From the NCBI GenBank assembly GCA_963676835.2, contig CAXXFF010000004.1, forward strand, positions 517,377-581,376: a stretch of 64,000 nt of DNA, in the 5' to 3' direction. The DNA comes from Marispirochaeta sp. (GTDB taxonomy: Bacteria; Spirochaetota; Spirochaetia; JC444; Marispirochaetaceae). The notes under the pieces were generated by a model. The model did not search any database, had not been told where the DNA came from, and saw only the letters and a program-made list of their open reading frames with translations. The position numbers were made by a program, and so were the translations under genes. Shown here piece after piece: positions 1-10,964 of the stretch. Numbering within the stretch: the first letter of the stretch is position 1; the number at the start of each line of letters is the position of its first letter.

Positions 1-620
1 ATCTCTTTTTCTATTCGATAGTTGCCGACCAGAGAAATAATCACCGTAGAGCAGAAGTAGACAAGGTTGTTGATTTCAATTGTCCAGGAGCTGATATAAA
101 AAAAGGGCAGCAGAAGAAGATAGATAATAAAAATCCCCATGGAAACAAAAACTGCATGCCAGAAACGCACACGAACCACAATATTGGAAAAAATCAGCAC
201 CAGGGCAATGCCGGGATGATAGGATGTGGTGAAAGGTGACCTGCTGAAAACCAACAAAAAGATCAGACTCAAGCCGGTCAGAAAGATCGCGATCGATTCA
301 ACCAGCTCCCGTACAAAAGGACGAGGATTCCGGTACTGAATGACCATTCCGATCATCATAACCGGAGAAATTACCAGCAGACGAACCAACAGTGCTGCTT
401 TGAAAACATCATGGATCATGAAATAATCTGAAAAAAGAAACAGATTATAGATAAGCAGGGCAAAAAAGCCGGCTATAAAAAGATGCCATGACCGTTCTTT
501 GCGGGTATCTTCGTTAAAATACTCTTCAAGCCGCTGGGGAAAGATCAGCTTACGGGGAAACCTATGGAGAGTGTTGTCGACAACCGAGGCGAGGCTTTCG
601 TTAACTGCGGAAGTATCCAT
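1..620 (-). CDS. Partial multi-pass membrane sensor protein, probably the N-terminal membrane domain of a GGDEF/cyclase-type signalling protein; runs off the window start
   Basis: Not in the ORF track. Hand translation from ATG at 620 gives MDTSAVNESL...LIFPQRLEEYFNEDTRKERSWHLFIAG..., several hydrophobic helices, and ...ISLVGNYRIEKE open at the edge. The catalytic domain is outside the window. Confidence 0.6.
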   Translation of the reverse strand, partial: MDTSAVNESLASVVDNTLHRFPRKLIFPQRLEEYFNEDTRKERSWHLFIAGFFALLIYNLFLFSDYFMIHDVFKAALLVRLLVISPVMMIGMVIQYRNPRPFVRELVESIAIFLTGLSLIFLLVFSRSPFTTSYHPGIALVLIFSNIVVRVRFWHAVFVSMGIFIIYLLLLPFFYISSWTIEINNLVYFCSTVIISLVGNYRIEKE

Positions 621-815
621 GGTACGCTTATAATTATACTGAAAAAAAACGGGTTCCGCCGAGTAATAAGAGAGAAAATTGGTTGAAAATATCTGTGATT
701 GTATATCAGAGAGTCCCCATTCCAATAGACGGGACCCTGTGATAAGTCCCGTTTCCGCATAAGAAAGTGTGACTTTTCTTCACCAAGGTTTTGGAACGGT
801 TTTGTGTAATATCCG

Positions 816-846
816 AAAAAAAGGCCGGGAGACTCATTCCCGGCCC
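816..846 (-). terminator. Rho-independent terminator of the activase gene
   Basis: Minus strand GGCCGGGA-atgagtc-TCCCGGCC followed by T7, just past the stop at 873. Confidence 0.8.
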
Positions 847-872
847 TATTATGATTTAACCTGTAGAAGAGA

Positions 873-3800
873 TCAGCCCTTAAGTACCGGCTCCCGCTCT
901 TCTTCCGCTGAGTTATCAGCTTCTTTAAGCGTGGAAGGATCATCCTTGATAATTACCCGGGAGAGCTTCTTCTCTTCAACTCCTTCATGCTCAATCATGG
1001 AATCCCCGGCCTCTTTATTACGGAACCGGAGAACATTCAGCATGAATATTTCAAGCTTGCCCAGAGTTGACGGCGGCAGCAGGTTGCCGTCAATCTCCAC
1101 GGACATTACCGGGAAGTTTCGTTCCCGCGCCCATGGGGTGTAGATGCCTTCAATTACGCGGCCGATAAGACAGGCAAAGGGAGAGATGTTCACAATTCCG
1201 GAGTAATCATCTTCCATGGCCGTAGCAGCTGCTGCAGTGGAAATGGTAATTTCCGATTTAAGCTCGTGGCTTACAAAGTGCTTTGATGCATTCTTCATAA
1301 TCTTATACATGTCATGGGGAGTATGGGGCACAAGACCGGTTTTGTTGAGAATTCCCATAATCCGGCTTTCAACCCACAGCTTGTAGCGCCGCTCAATGTG
1401 GAAGCGGATAAACCTGGCGAATACAGGACTGAAATACCGCCGGTAGAAAGGAATAAGACTGAGACGTTTCTTGAGATCGTACTCTTTTACGAAATCAAGA
1501 TACCAGATCCACTCGGTAATACCCGCAACCTTGGCCATAATTCCGTGGCTGGCAAACTCTCCAACCAGTTCGTCCACGGCGAAATCATCCCGGCGTACAT
1601 ATATTTCCCCGACAATCAGCACCTTGGGTACATCGTGAAGGTTCTTTTTCAGGGGGATCTTTGCAATTTCCTGAGCAATACCTGTCAGTGTGGGCAGCAT
1701 TTTTGTTGCCCCCTGCCGTTCTGTAACCTCGATCAGCCGGGTCCAGATATGATCAAAGGTTTTCAGGGCTGCGGACGGGTCTTCCGCACAGGTTCTGAGG
1801 GCGGTTTCCACATCTTTCATATAGTCCGATGCAACAAAGGACCACCAGACCTGTTTGGTCAGTCCCGGACCGAGTTCATTATAGGAGTTGTCCGCATCCA
1901 GGGTAAAGACCACCACGTTTTCAAGCTGGAGATCCTTGAAGAGGTTCTGATAGAAGACAAAATACTGACCGGTACGGCAGGGCCCCCTGGTTGTGGGGAC
2001 AAAGAGCATGTAGATCTCGTCCTTGCGGTACTGTTCGGAGTTGAAAAACTTCAGAGCACTTCCCAGAACAAGGTGACTGGGCACGCACTCTTTTCCGGAT
2101 GCGTGGTTTCTGGCCATCTGCAGGGTAAGGTGATCCGCCACGGGCATGGCCATGGCGTTCCATCCGGCACCCCGCATGGCGGCGGCGGTCAACTCAACCC
2201 CGATACGGCCCATGTTGGAAAGCAGGACTTTTACCCTGGGGTTGTTTTTAATCTCTATCCGCTCTCCGGTCTGTTCGTTACGCACGTAAATATCGTCGCC
2301 GTTCTCGTTCATAAAGCGAAGGCCGTTATCGTAGCGCTGATCCCGCAGATCTTTAATCTTGGAACGGTAGCCTTCAATAATATCCAGGAAGGCTTCCACC
2401 CGGGTATCAACTCCCGCATCGGCGCTGTGGCTGTCCAGCTCGAGAATGAGGAAGGGCTTGATGCCCATAATCCACTTGAGGTAATGGAGCATAAAGCTGT
2501 CCGGTGCACAGCTGAAGTTGGTTATCCAGGTCACATAGATATTGGGCTCGTCCTTCAGCAGCTCCGCAGCCTTCATATCGAGCTGACCGTAATACCAGTA
2601 CATGTTGGGGAAGATTTCCCGGTCTTTCATTACCAGAATATCGAAGGGAACAACCGTAAATCCCCGGGAGGTAAACTTGCGGGGAATTCCCATATTGGCG
2701 TCCTGGGTAAAGGCGTTGTAGGGACGGCCCAGGATTGCAATAACCGGTTCTTTCTGTTTGCGGGACCATTCCAGGGCTTCCTGTCCAAGGTCTTCGCACT
2801 GTTTAAAGTAGTTATTCTGCTTTGCCAGGGCTTTATCAAAAGCAGCCTGACCTTCCGCAGCGGTAAATCCAAGATCCTCCGCCAGGGTCTGAAAGTACTC
2901 TCCGGCCTTTTTCAAACCGTACATCAGGCTGACCACGGGGCTGAGAATGCGTTTTTCCTCAATTTCGGGGAAAGCTTTCTTTATATAGTACGGCAGGGTC
3001 TGGGTTATGGGGCAGAAGTTTCCGGGCATTCCCTCTTCCATGGTTTCGAGATCACGGAAGTGAGGAAGAAAGAGGTAGTCTGCTCCCTTGTCGATCATAT
3101 CCTGTACCGCGCCATGGGCTATTTCCGCGGGGAAACAGTAGGCGGACTCCGTTCGCGCAGAACCCTCGGCGCTGATCTCTTCGCTGAGGACAGTTTCAAC
3201 TCCCAGCTCGTGGAAATACCAGCTGTAGAGAGGCCAGAGGGTGTAGACGGAAAAGGCTTTGGGAACGCCTACTATGTAATCCCGGCGCTTGTTGAGAGAT
3301 GCCTTATCGGGAACACAGGTTTCAAAAAGCAGCTTGTTCCGCTCGGCAACCCAGTCGCGGACCGAATCTTCTTCTACAACCTTCTTTCTGCGCATATTGG
3401 CATACTTGTTACAGCGGCCGCCGAACATATATTTGTGTCCGTTTACATTCAGAACCTTGACGGGGCAGTAGTTATCACAGCTGCCGCACTTGAATTCCCG
3501 TTCGTAAACAATCTCTGAATCAAGAATTGCATCCAGATCAAAGCTGCCCTCTTCAAGGAGGCCGTCATTGAACTTCTGCTGGGCCAGCAGGGCAACGCCG
3601 AAACATCCCATTAGTTCCGGGTCCGGGGGAACAAGAATATCCTTGTTCAAAAGCATGGCAAAGGCCATGGGAACCGCCCGGTTTTTGGCAACGCCCCCCT
3701 GGAGAACTATCCGCTGACCAATGGTTCTGTTTCCAACAACCCGGTTCAGATAGTTTGAGACAATAGAGGTAATAAGCCCGGCGGTAATATCTTCTCTGCC

Positions 3801-5258
3801 GGCACCCTGCTGGATAGCATTACGGATGTCGGAGTTGATAAAGGCGGAACAGTGTTCACCGAATTTAAGAGGCTCCGCTGCAGCAATGGCTATGTCCGCA
3901 ATGTCCTCAACATGTTTGATATTGAGGTCTCCCGCGGCAGACTCTTCAAGAAAACTTCCGGTACCGGCGGAACAGGCCTCGTTCATGGCATAGTCGATGG
4001 GCACCTTGTTCTGAAGATGCACATATTTGGCATCCTGCCCGCCTATTTCGAAGATGGTATCGATATTGTCATCGTAGAATGTGGTTCCCACCGCATGGGC
4101 GATAATCTCATTATAAATACCCGGAGTTTCAAGGAAAACTCCCAGAATTTCCCGGGAGGATCCGGTAGTCGCAGCAAGACGGATTTTAACGGTCTCATCC
4201 CCTATGGACTCTTTAATCTGTTTCTTGAGCTCGACAATACAGCCTTTGAGGGCTTTGACCGGATCTCCGTGAGTACGGCCGTAAAAGCTGGCGGCAACCT
4301 CATGGGTTTCCGCATCGATAAGGCAGGCTTTGGTGGTGGTCGATCCGCCGTCAACACCGAGAATATACTCTCTGCCGGATTTTACCGTACCTTTCCGGCT
4401 GGGAATAAAGGTTACCTTGTCTTCGGCAGTTTTAAGACTTTTGAAACGGCTGAAGGCTATCCTGGATTCTTTGACCAGTTCTTCCATGGAGGGAAGTACG
4501 GAACCGCTCTCTTCCGCAATTATTGCCGCACCAAAGGCTTCAAAATAACCTGCTTCGTCGGGAACGATAAACTCCACTTCCGGCAGTTTTTTGCGAATAA
4601 ACTCAATTATATGGCTGTTGAGGGTAATACCACCGGTTAAAAGGACCCGGCCGGAGCTGATACGGGCTTTTTTGAGAAAGTCCATTACCTTGGTTGCCAT
4701 AACATCGGAAAGGGAGAGAACAATGTCCCCCTTGGTGGCTTCGCCCTTGTTCAAACGGTGGGTACAGTCGGATTTCATAAAAACAGAACAGCGGCTGGAG
4801 AGCTTACAGACCTTACTTTCTTCGGGGATTGAGTTAATATCCCCGATCTTCATATCCATACGTCCCAGCTGCTGCTGAAAGAACTCACCGGTTCCGCTGA
4901 AACACTTGTTCCCGGTGAAACTTGTTATAATGCGGTTCTCACTATCAATGGTGTAGACCACCAGGTTCTCACCACCCATGGCAACCACAGCCTGAACATC
5001 CTTCTCTCCAAGATGATTGAGGGCGGCCTCTATGCAGAGGGGTTCGATTGCAGTATTTACATTAACCAGATGACGGCCTTCAGTCCCGGTTGCCAGGGCC
5101 ATAACCTTATCAGGGAGATCCCTGGACTGAAGAATTTTGCGCAGTGTATCGATAAAATTCCCCTCATGGGGCTCGACTACATTCCAGACAACCTTTCCCC
5201 CATCCATCATGGTAACCTTGACGGAGGTAGAACCTATATTAATCCCGAGACTGTTCAT
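873..5258 (-). CDS. Acyl-CoA dehydratase activase fusion (two BcrAD/BadFG ASKHA ATPase domains plus DUF2229-type C-terminal domains)
   Basis: GVDGGSTTTKA, EIGGQDAK, MNEACSAGTGSFLEE and CSAF motifs; second degenerate copy at the N-terminus; CGSCDNYC; ELDSHSADAGVDTRVEAFLD; GPCRTGQY. Confidence 0.85.
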   Translation of the reverse strand: MNSLGINIGSTSVKVTMMDGGKVVWNVVEPHEGNFIDTLRKILQSRDLPDKVMALATGTEGRHLVNVNTAIEPLCIEAALNHLGEKDVQAVVAMGGENLVVYTIDSENRIITSFTGNKCFSGTGEFFQQQLGRMDMKIGDINSIPEESKVCKLSSRCSVFMKSDCTHRLNKGEATKGDIVLSLSDVMATKVMDFLKKARISSGRVLLTGGITLNSHIIEFIRKKLPEVEFIVPDEAGYFEAFGAAIIAEESGSVLPSMEELVKESRIAFSRFKSLKTAEDKVTFIPSRKGTVKSGREYILGVDGGSTTTKACLIDAETHEVAASFYGRTHGDPVKALKGCIVELKKQIKESIGDETVKIRLAATTGSSREILGVFLETPGIYNEIIAHAVGTTFYDDNIDTIFEIGGQDAKYVHLQNKVPIDYAMNEACSAGTGSFLEESAAGDLNIKHVEDIADIAIAAAEPLKFGEHCSAFINSDIRNAIQQGAGREDITAGLITSIVSNYLNRVVGNRTIGQRIVLQGGVAKNRAVPMAFAMLLNKDILVPPDPELMGCFGVALLAQQKFNDGLLEEGSFDLDAILDSEIVYEREFKCGSCDNYCPVKVLNVNGHKYMFGGRCNKYANMRRKKVVEEDSVRDWVAERNKLLFETCVPDKASLNKRRDYIVGVPKAFSVYTLWPLYSWYFHELGVETVLSEEISAEGSARTESAYCFPAEIAHGAVQDMIDKGADYLFLPHFRDLETMEEGMPGNFCPITQTLPYYIKKAFPEIEEKRILSPVVSLMYGLKKAGEYFQTLAEDLGFTAAEGQAAFDKALAKQNNYFKQCEDLGQEALEWSRKQKEPVIAILGRPYNAFTQDANMGIPRKFTSRGFTVVPFDILVMKDREIFPNMYWYYGQLDMKAAELLKDEPNIYVTWITNFSCAPDSFMLHYLKWIMGIKPFLILELDSHSADAGVDTRVEAFLDIIEGYRSKIKDLRDQRYDNGLRFMNENGDDIYVRNEQTGERIEIKNNPRVKVLLSNMGRIGVELTAAAMRGAGWNAMAMPVADHLTLQMARNHASGKECVPSHLVLGSALKFFNSEQYRKDEIYMLFVPTTRGPCRTGQYFVFYQNLFKDLQLENVVVFTLDADNSYNELGPGLTKQVWWSFVASDYMKDVETALRTCAEDPSAALKTFDHIWTRLIEVTERQGATKMLPTLTGIAQEIAKIPLKKNLHDVPKVLIVGEIYVRRDDFAVDELVGEFASHGIMAKVAGITEWIWYLDFVKEYDLKKRLSLIPFYRRYFSPVFARFIRFHIERRYKLWVESRIMGILNKTGLVPHTPHDMYKIMKNASKHFVSHELKSEITISTAAAATAMEDDYSGIVNISPFACLIGRVIEGIYTPWARERNFPVMSVEIDGNLLPPSTLGKLEIFMLNVLRFRNKEAGDSMIEHEGVEEKKLSRVIIKDDPSTLKEADNSAEEEREPVLKG

Positions 5259-5378
5259 GGCTGTTTTTCCTATTGCATTTCAAGAACCGTTACCGGCAGC
5301 ATATTTAAGAATCATTCTTAACGCGCTACGCACGATAAAATATAATCTCACATACATCTGGGCTGTGCAAGTAGCTGT

Positions 5379-7127
5379 TTACAGTGCACTCCGTTTTTCC
5401 AGATAAGAAGATATTATCATATTCCGGGTAATATATCCCGTAATTTCTCCTTTTTCCCTGGCAACAAGAATACTGCAGTGAAGCTGTTTCATGCGGTCCA
5501 GGGCCTCCACCAGATTCCGCTCTGCAGAAATTGAGATGTTCCTTCTGGTATACAGGCCGTCAATGGTTTCCGACGGTTCGACACAGGCTTTATACAGCTC
5601 TTCGTAGCTGATCGTTCCCAGAAGTCGGCCGTCTTCAAGTACCGGAAGAATCCCCAGAGACTTGCTGTGCATAATCTCAAGGACTTTCTCAATGGTCTGA
5701 TTCGGAGAGCAAAACAGCAGCTCATTGCGCAGAATATCAGCAACCTGCATGGTTTTGAAAATGGGGATCTTTTTATCCAGCTGAATCATAATGCCCCGGC
5801 GGGTCAGTTTCTTGGTATAGATAGTCTCACCGTAAAACCGGGCGCTTATAAAATGTGCAACCACAACACTGAGCATGAGGGGCAGCATAATGTTATAGTT
5901 TCTGGTCATCTCAAAGATCATAATTATTGCGGTAAGGCTGGCTCCGGTTACTCCGGAAACCATGGCAGCCATTCCCACAATTGCATAGGCGGATGGCCGG
6001 GCGGTAACATCCGGAAAAAACTCATTTACAAGAAGCCCCAAAGCCGCACCCGTAGCGGCTCCCAGAAAAAGGGAGGGTGCAAAGATACCGCCGCTGCCCC
6101 CGGATGCGAGCGTTAGAGAGGCTGCAAGAATTTTAAGGACAATCAGTCCCAGAACCACCAGCAGATGAGGATGGGCATTGGAGAGAATCTCAGAAAGAAA
6201 AGCATAGCCCACACCGAAAACATAGTACTGTCCAAGCACCTTCAGACAGAAGAGTCCGATACTGCCGACAAGTATGCCCCCGGCAACTGCCTTGACGGTT
6301 GCATGTACACGAATACGGTCAAAAAGATCTTCAACGGCATAAAGAGAGCGAATAAACCCGATCGCAATAAAACCGGCTGCAAGACCCAGAACAAGATAGA
6401 AGATAAGCTCCCAGGATGAGACAAAGGAGTACATGGGCAAAATAAACGCAGGGCTTGCCCCGAGAATGAGAATGGAAATATGAGTGGCAATTATGGAAGA
6501 GATGACCAGAGGCATAATAGTCATAATGCTGTATTCAGGCAGAACCAGTTCAAGGGCAAACATAATACCCCCGATAGGAGCGTTAAAGGTACCGCCGATA
6601 CTGCCTGCCACACCGGCTCCCACAAGAATGATCACCTCCCGGGGAGCAAGCTTCAACATCTGCCCCAGAGAAGAACCGAAGCTTGCGCCTATCTGCACAA
6701 TTGGCCCTTCCCTCCCCACGGAACCTCCGGAGCCGATGGTAATGGCAGAAGCCAGAGATTTAACCAGGGCAACTACAGGACGAATCTTTCCCCGGTTCTC
6801 CATAACAGCCGCCATCACCTCCGGAACACCATGCCCTTTTGCCTCCGGGGCAAAGCGCCGGGTAAGCCAGTCCGCCAGGGCAATACCCACGGCGGGAACC
6901 AGAACGACAAGCCAGCCCCAGCGGCTTATAAAAGGTTCTTCAGAATTATAGCAGACACAGAAAGTTCCATGAAAAAACAGGTTATGAAAAAAACCGATAA
7001 GGTAGCGGAACAGTACAGCACCGAATCCGGAGATTATCCCCACCAGCACTGCGAGAAAACTGATAACAAAGGTACGGTGCAGCCGTTCAAAATCTTCATC
7101 TTTCTGGTACAGATCATTGGTATTCAT
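5379..7127 (-). CDS. ClC family chloride channel/antiporter with C-terminal CBS pair
   Basis: GHGVPEV, GREGP and GGIFAPSL signature motifs, many TM helices, CBS-like tail. Confidence 0.9.
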   Translation of the reverse strand: MNTNDLYQKDEDFERLHRTFVISFLAVLVGIISGFGAVLFRYLIGFFHNLFFHGTFCVCYNSEEPFISRWGWLVVLVPAVGIALADWLTRRFAPEAKGHGVPEVMAAVMENRGKIRPVVALVKSLASAITIGSGGSVGREGPIVQIGASFGSSLGQMLKLAPREVIILVGAGVAGSIGGTFNAPIGGIMFALELVLPEYSIMTIMPLVISSIIATHISILILGASPAFILPMYSFVSSWELIFYLVLGLAAGFIAIGFIRSLYAVEDLFDRIRVHATVKAVAGGILVGSIGLFCLKVLGQYYVFGVGYAFLSEILSNAHPHLLVVLGLIVLKILAASLTLASGGSGGIFAPSLFLGAATGAALGLLVNEFFPDVTARPSAYAIVGMAAMVSGVTGASLTAIIMIFEMTRNYNIMLPLMLSVVVAHFISARFYGETIYTKKLTRRGIMIQLDKKIPIFKTMQVADILRNELLFCSPNQTIEKVLEIMHSKSLGILPVLEDGRLLGTISYEELYKACVEPSETIDGLYTRRNISISAERNLVEALDRMKQLHCSILVAREKGEITGYITRNMIISSYLEKRSAL

Positions 7128-7329
7128 TAAAGAGTCTCACTTTTCTCACCATATAAAGGATGCGGTGCATACTATTACGGGCAAGCTAATTTTCCAGCTA
7201 CTGGATTTTCAAATACCGGAGGGAATTACTGGAAGCCAGAAATCCGCGGTTCGGAATTGCGGTGCCGCCTGGATACTGTTCGAATAGACCGGAGAATCAC
7301 GGAAAACCGGGACACCGATAAACCTGAAC

Positions 7330-7359
7330 AAAAGGAGAACGCCGGAAGAACCCCGGCGT
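7330..7359 (-). terminator. Terminator-like hairpin between the oxidoreductase gene and the clc gene
   Basis: Minus strand ACGCCGG-ggttctt-CCGGCGT followed by tctcctttt. Confidence 0.55.
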
Positions 7360-7372
7360 AGGACCCCATTAC

Positions 7373-7389
7373 AGGTGGTCAGACCACTT
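7373..7389. promoter_or_regulatory. Palindrome resembling a GntR/FadR-subfamily operator
   Basis: GTGGTC-A-GACCAC matches the TGGT-N3-ACCA FadR-type consensus. Confidence 0.4.
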
Positions 7390-7435
7390 CTTTACTGTAC
7401 CATGGATTCTGTGAGGAGAAAAGGATTTTTTAGTA

Positions 7436-8287
7436 TCAGTGCTGATCGGGACTTTTCAGACGGGAGAGTACTTTCTCAAAGGAAGGCAGCTCGGTTTCGC
7501 CCTTGAAAGAAGCAATTCTATCATAGACATCGCGGGCGGCAAGGTGGAAGCCTCCGGGCAGACCGGCAGCAGAGAAGGTAGCAGAAATCTCCTCCATTTC
7601 GCCGGAAAAGCGCCATGCCTTGGCGGTAACCTTGCGTACTTTTTCAACAACCTCATTATAATAGGCGGAACCGTTCCGGCTCCACTGCCGCTTGAGATCA
7701 TCCATAACCCCCAGAGATTCCGCTGCAGCGCTGACAGCACAGAGCAGGGCAATGGTTCCCTTGGTATTGGCGGCAAAACAGATCTTGAGAGCTGAAGCCT
7801 TGCCCGGTTCATCCCCGATGACCTCTGTTTCCAGGGGGCCGTCACGAAAACAGTCGGCAACAGTCGCGGCCTCTTTACCGGACAGATAGAGCCAGGTGGA
7901 ATTACTTGTCCATGCGGGCAGGCCGATAATACCGCCATCGACATAGCGGGCGCCGGCGGCAGTGACAATCTCTCCCACTTCAAGAGAATGTTCTGGAGAC
8001 ACGGCGTTTACATCGGCATAAATACCGGGAAACCCCAGGGATGCAACCTGCCGGGCAAGGTCGAGTGCCGCATGCGGCGGGCAGACACTTACAATAATTT
8101 CACAATATTCACAGAACTCTTTAAGGGATGCAAAGGCTTTGAGGCCGTACTTTTCGGCCCGCATTCTGGTTTCACTGCTGCGGCCTTCGCTGACCCAGCA
8201 GGAAATGCAGCCGGTTTCCACCGCAGAAGAGGCGAGAGAAATACCCATGGCTCCGGGATGCAGAAAACCGATCCGAACCTGCTTCAT
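7436..8287 (-). CDS. NAD(P)-dependent oxidoreductase, 3-hydroxyisobutyrate/6PGD-like with DUF1932-type C-terminus
   Basis: IGFLHPGAMG Rossmann variant, YVDGGIIG, ASALKIC, KAWRFSGEMEEI. Start moved to MKQVRIG, which has an AAAGG RBS upstream. Confidence 0.8.
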   Translation of the reverse strand: MKQVRIGFLHPGAMGISLASSAVETGCISCWVSEGRSSETRMRAEKYGLKAFASLKEFCEYCEIIVSVCPPHAALDLARQVASLGFPGIYADVNAVSPEHSLEVGEIVTAAGARYVDGGIIGLPAWTSNSTWLYLSGKEAATVADCFRDGPLETEVIGDEPGKASALKICFAANTKGTIALLCAVSAAAESLGVMDDLKRQWSRNGSAYYNEVVEKVRKVTAKAWRFSGEMEEISATFSAAGLPGGFHLAARDVYDRIASFKGETELPSFEKVLSRLKSPDQH

Positions 8288-8329
8288 ACCTTTACTCCTT
8301 CTGCTCTTCGGCAGTGTCAACAAAGACTA

Positions 8330-9952
8330 TCAGCTTTCAGTCAGCTGCTGCATTGTAGATTTGAGACTGCCTACATACTCATTGTTTTCATTGCCGATTT
8401 TTCTTACCCCTTCCGCCTCGGCAACAATACCGTCGGCAATCATGGTAAGCTTGAGAAGATCATCGGACAAAAGCCTGATTATCCGGTGTATCTGTTCCTG
8501 ACTTTTCAGCCCCTTCTCAAGCTTCACCTCCATATTCTGGAGAGAGTCGATTACCTCATCATTCATGGAGGAGAGGTTTTCAGTAGATCTGGTTATGGCA
8601 TCCGATTCGCTTACAAGAGCCCGTACCCGGCCGCTGATCTGTCCGATAGCATCCTTAATGGTGCCAACTTTATTTGCCACGTCGGTATAGGTAGCTTTCA
8701 AGCCGGCACTCTGGGCAACGGTTGCATCAATCTGATCTTTGGTACCTTCCAGGGTTTTTCGTACGGCCTCTGAGTTCTGATTGGTCTCTTCAGAGAGCTT
8801 GCGGATCTCTTCGGCTACTACCGCAAAGCCCTTACCCGCCTCACCGGCATGGGCAGCTTCGATGGCGGCGTTCATGGCAAGCATATTTGTTCTGCCTGCA
8901 ATTCCGTCGATAACATCAATTATTTCGAGGATTTCCGATGTATACCGGCCGATCTCCTCTACCTTGTTTGAAGTCTCTTCCGCCTGACTCACACTCTCAT
9001 CCGCGGTGTTAATGAGATCATCCACAACAGAGTTTTTCTCTTCAATCTCTTTCCGAATCCGTTCAGCATGAGAGAGTATAGCCCGGGTTGCATCTACCGT
9101 TGAATTAATGGCGGAAGACTGATTCTCGATGCTTCCCCGCACCTTATCCCGGGCATCGGCTACACCGGTATTCACATCCGCTGCGGTTTCTGAACTTTCC
9201 GTCAGCTCCCCGATTCTGACCTCCATGGAGCCCACACTGGAGCGCATTTCATTGGAGGTTTCAACGGTATTGTGGGCTGAAGTAGAAAGAGCTTCCCCGA
9301 TATTCAGGGCATCCGAAACGGTATCCACCGCATTCTGCAGCCGGTCCAGCCTCTCCAGCGATTCAAGTCTGTCCTTTTCCATGATTTTGAAACTTCGCTG
9401 CTGCATACAGAAAAGCTGAATTACAAAAATTCCGGAAAAAACACTTAAAAGAAATGCGGCGCCCATTTCCTGAAAAACAACCGCTTGTTCGACAGTACTG
9501 ATAATGGGCACCACTTTAACTGTAAAGAGAGCTCCCTCTGTAAGCAGGATCAGACCTACGATGGTATATATCTGCCAGGTGGCATAGGCAAACAGGGACG
9601 AACTGAGCATAACCGGGATAAAATAGGTGGGCAAAGCGAAAAGCTCCAGCTCCGAGACAATATCGCGAATAAAAAAGAGGCCCGCCGCGGCTGAATAAAA
9701 CAGAAAGATATTAACCACCGAAACTATTTTAAACCTGCCCTTAAAAAGGAAAAAAATACCGAGACCAAGAACAGCACTTACCCCGAGTTCCCCGAGTCCC
9801 ATGGCAACATGCCCGCCGGAAAGCCGCAGAATTGCCAGGATCAGAAATCCCCAGAAAATAAACGCGTTTACAAGAAACAGGGCAACAGCCTTTTCCTGTA
9901 TAACTATCCCCGAATGAGAGTAAACACTGCGAAGCTTCTTCAGGATATTCAT
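8330..9952 (-). CDS. Methyl-accepting chemotaxis protein with multi-TM sensor
   Basis: [38 protein letters not shown] signalling hairpin; about 6 N-terminal TM helices; GGAGG before the ATG at 9952. Confidence 0.92.
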   Translation of the reverse strand: MNILKKLRSVYSHSGIVIQEKAVALFLVNAFIFWGFLILAILRLSGGHVAMGLGELGVSAVLGLGIFFLFKGRFKIVSVVNIFLFYSAAAGLFFIRDIVSELELFALPTYFIPVMLSSSLFAYATWQIYTIVGLILLTEGALFTVKVVPIISTVEQAVVFQEMGAAFLLSVFSGIFVIQLFCMQQRSFKIMEKDRLESLERLDRLQNAVDTVSDALNIGEALSTSAHNTVETSNEMRSSVGSMEVRIGELTESSETAADVNTGVADARDKVRGSIENQSSAINSTVDATRAILSHAERIRKEIEEKNSVVDDLINTADESVSQAEETSNKVEEIGRYTSEILEIIDVIDGIAGRTNMLAMNAAIEAAHAGEAGKGFAVVAEEIRKLSEETNQNSEAVRKTLEGTKDQIDATVAQSAGLKATYTDVANKVGTIKDAIGQISGRVRALVSESDAITRSTENLSSMNDEVIDSLQNMEVKLEKGLKSQEQIHRIIRLLSDDLLKLTMIADGIVAEAEGVRKIGNENNEYVGSLKSTMQQLTES

Positions 9953-10064
9953 GCAACCTCCGGAAAATACCTGTTTTGGATTTAAATACACATATTGATT
10001 ATATCATCGGAACAAATAATCGGAAAAAAGAACCCGTTACGAGCTCTTCTCATCATTTAATAAT

Positions 10065-10892
10065 CTAAAAATAGAGACTTACTCCTGTATCATAGCACAT
10101 GAGTTCAGCCGTTTCGGAAGCCAGATAATTTACTCCCCCGAATATTGTGAAGTTTTTCATATGAACATTGAGCCTGCTTTCAATATGTCCAAAGCTGATA
10201 TTCTCAAAACCATAGCCCCCGGCCCGAAAGAAAAGGGAAACAGGCTTAAAGGGCCAGGACCGCAGAACAATTCCCCCGGCTCCTCCGGTTCTGTCGAGCA
10301 TGCCCCCGAAGAAAGCCCCCTGGGCATAGAAAGACATGGAAAACAGATTGGCCTGAACCAGGGGAATATCCAGACCTGCAGTGGTTATATGCAGGGTGCT
10401 GGTCCCGTCGGAGATTACCCTGTAGTTGATATCGGGGCCGAAATACTGATTAAAGCGTCCCTGAAGCGACACCATAGCCCCCGGTTCCATATCTTCCGTA
10501 AGACTGCCGGCAGAAGAGAACTCCAGATAGTGATGTTTACGGGGGATTATGCGGGAATGCCGCCTGCCGTCATCAGCAATATCCAGGCTTTCCCAGTCGT
10601 GATTTATAAAGTTATTATCCTGCGGCTCCAGAGGCAGATAAGGCGCCGGATTGTAGTAAACAGTTCCGTTGTGGGCTACCCAGACCCAGACAGTAATCTG
10701 GAAGAGAAAATCAACAAAAGGATTGCTTCCTCCCCCGGATTGAGAATCATCAGAGCTGCCACCGGAGGATGCATTATCCTGCTCTTCTTTTTTCACGTCA
10801 TCGCCGAAGCCCTGAAGGTCGGCCCAGAGTACTCCCGATGCACCAACAAACAGAATAAGCAGTACGATAAAGACTTTTTCCATTCTCCCCAT
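10065..10892 (-). CDS. Hypothetical exported protein, possible outer-membrane beta-barrel
   Basis: Signal peptide, alternating beta-strand pattern, C-terminal ...GVSLYF. Confidence 0.55.
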   Translation of the reverse strand: MGRMEKVFIVLLILFVGASGVLWADLQGFGDDVKKEEQDNASSGGSSDDSQSGGGSNPFVDFLFQITVWVWVAHNGTVYYNPAPYLPLEPQDNNFINHDWESLDIADDGRRHSRIIPRKHHYLEFSSAGSLTEDMEPGAMVSLQGRFNQYFGPDINYRVISDGTSTLHITTAGLDIPLVQANLFSMSFYAQGAFFGGMLDRTGGAGGIVLRSWPFKPVSLFFRAGGYGFENISFGHIESRLNVHMKNFTIFGGVNYLASETAELMCYDTGVSLYF

Positions 10893-10964
10893 ACCTTAAA
10901 CCTAACCCATGAAATCAGCAATTGCAAGAATCATTCTTGCCTGTCTTCTTATATTCATAAAACA

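Noticed and set aside
545..943. 132-aa minus-strand ORF
   Set aside because: It overlaps the activase 3' end, its terminator and the real gene starting at 620 in another frame.
1314..3518. 734-aa plus-strand ORF
   Set aside because: It is the antisense shadow of the activase gene and has no motifs. The same applies to other long antisense ORFs such as 12285-13409, 10161-11060, 19439-20266 and 7988-8773.
7340..7390. Fluoride riboswitch before the ClC gene
   Set aside because: GTAATGGGGTCCTAC loosely resembles the 5' part, but the downstream pseudoknot partner is absent. The channel has GREGP rather than the fluoride-type GREGT motif.
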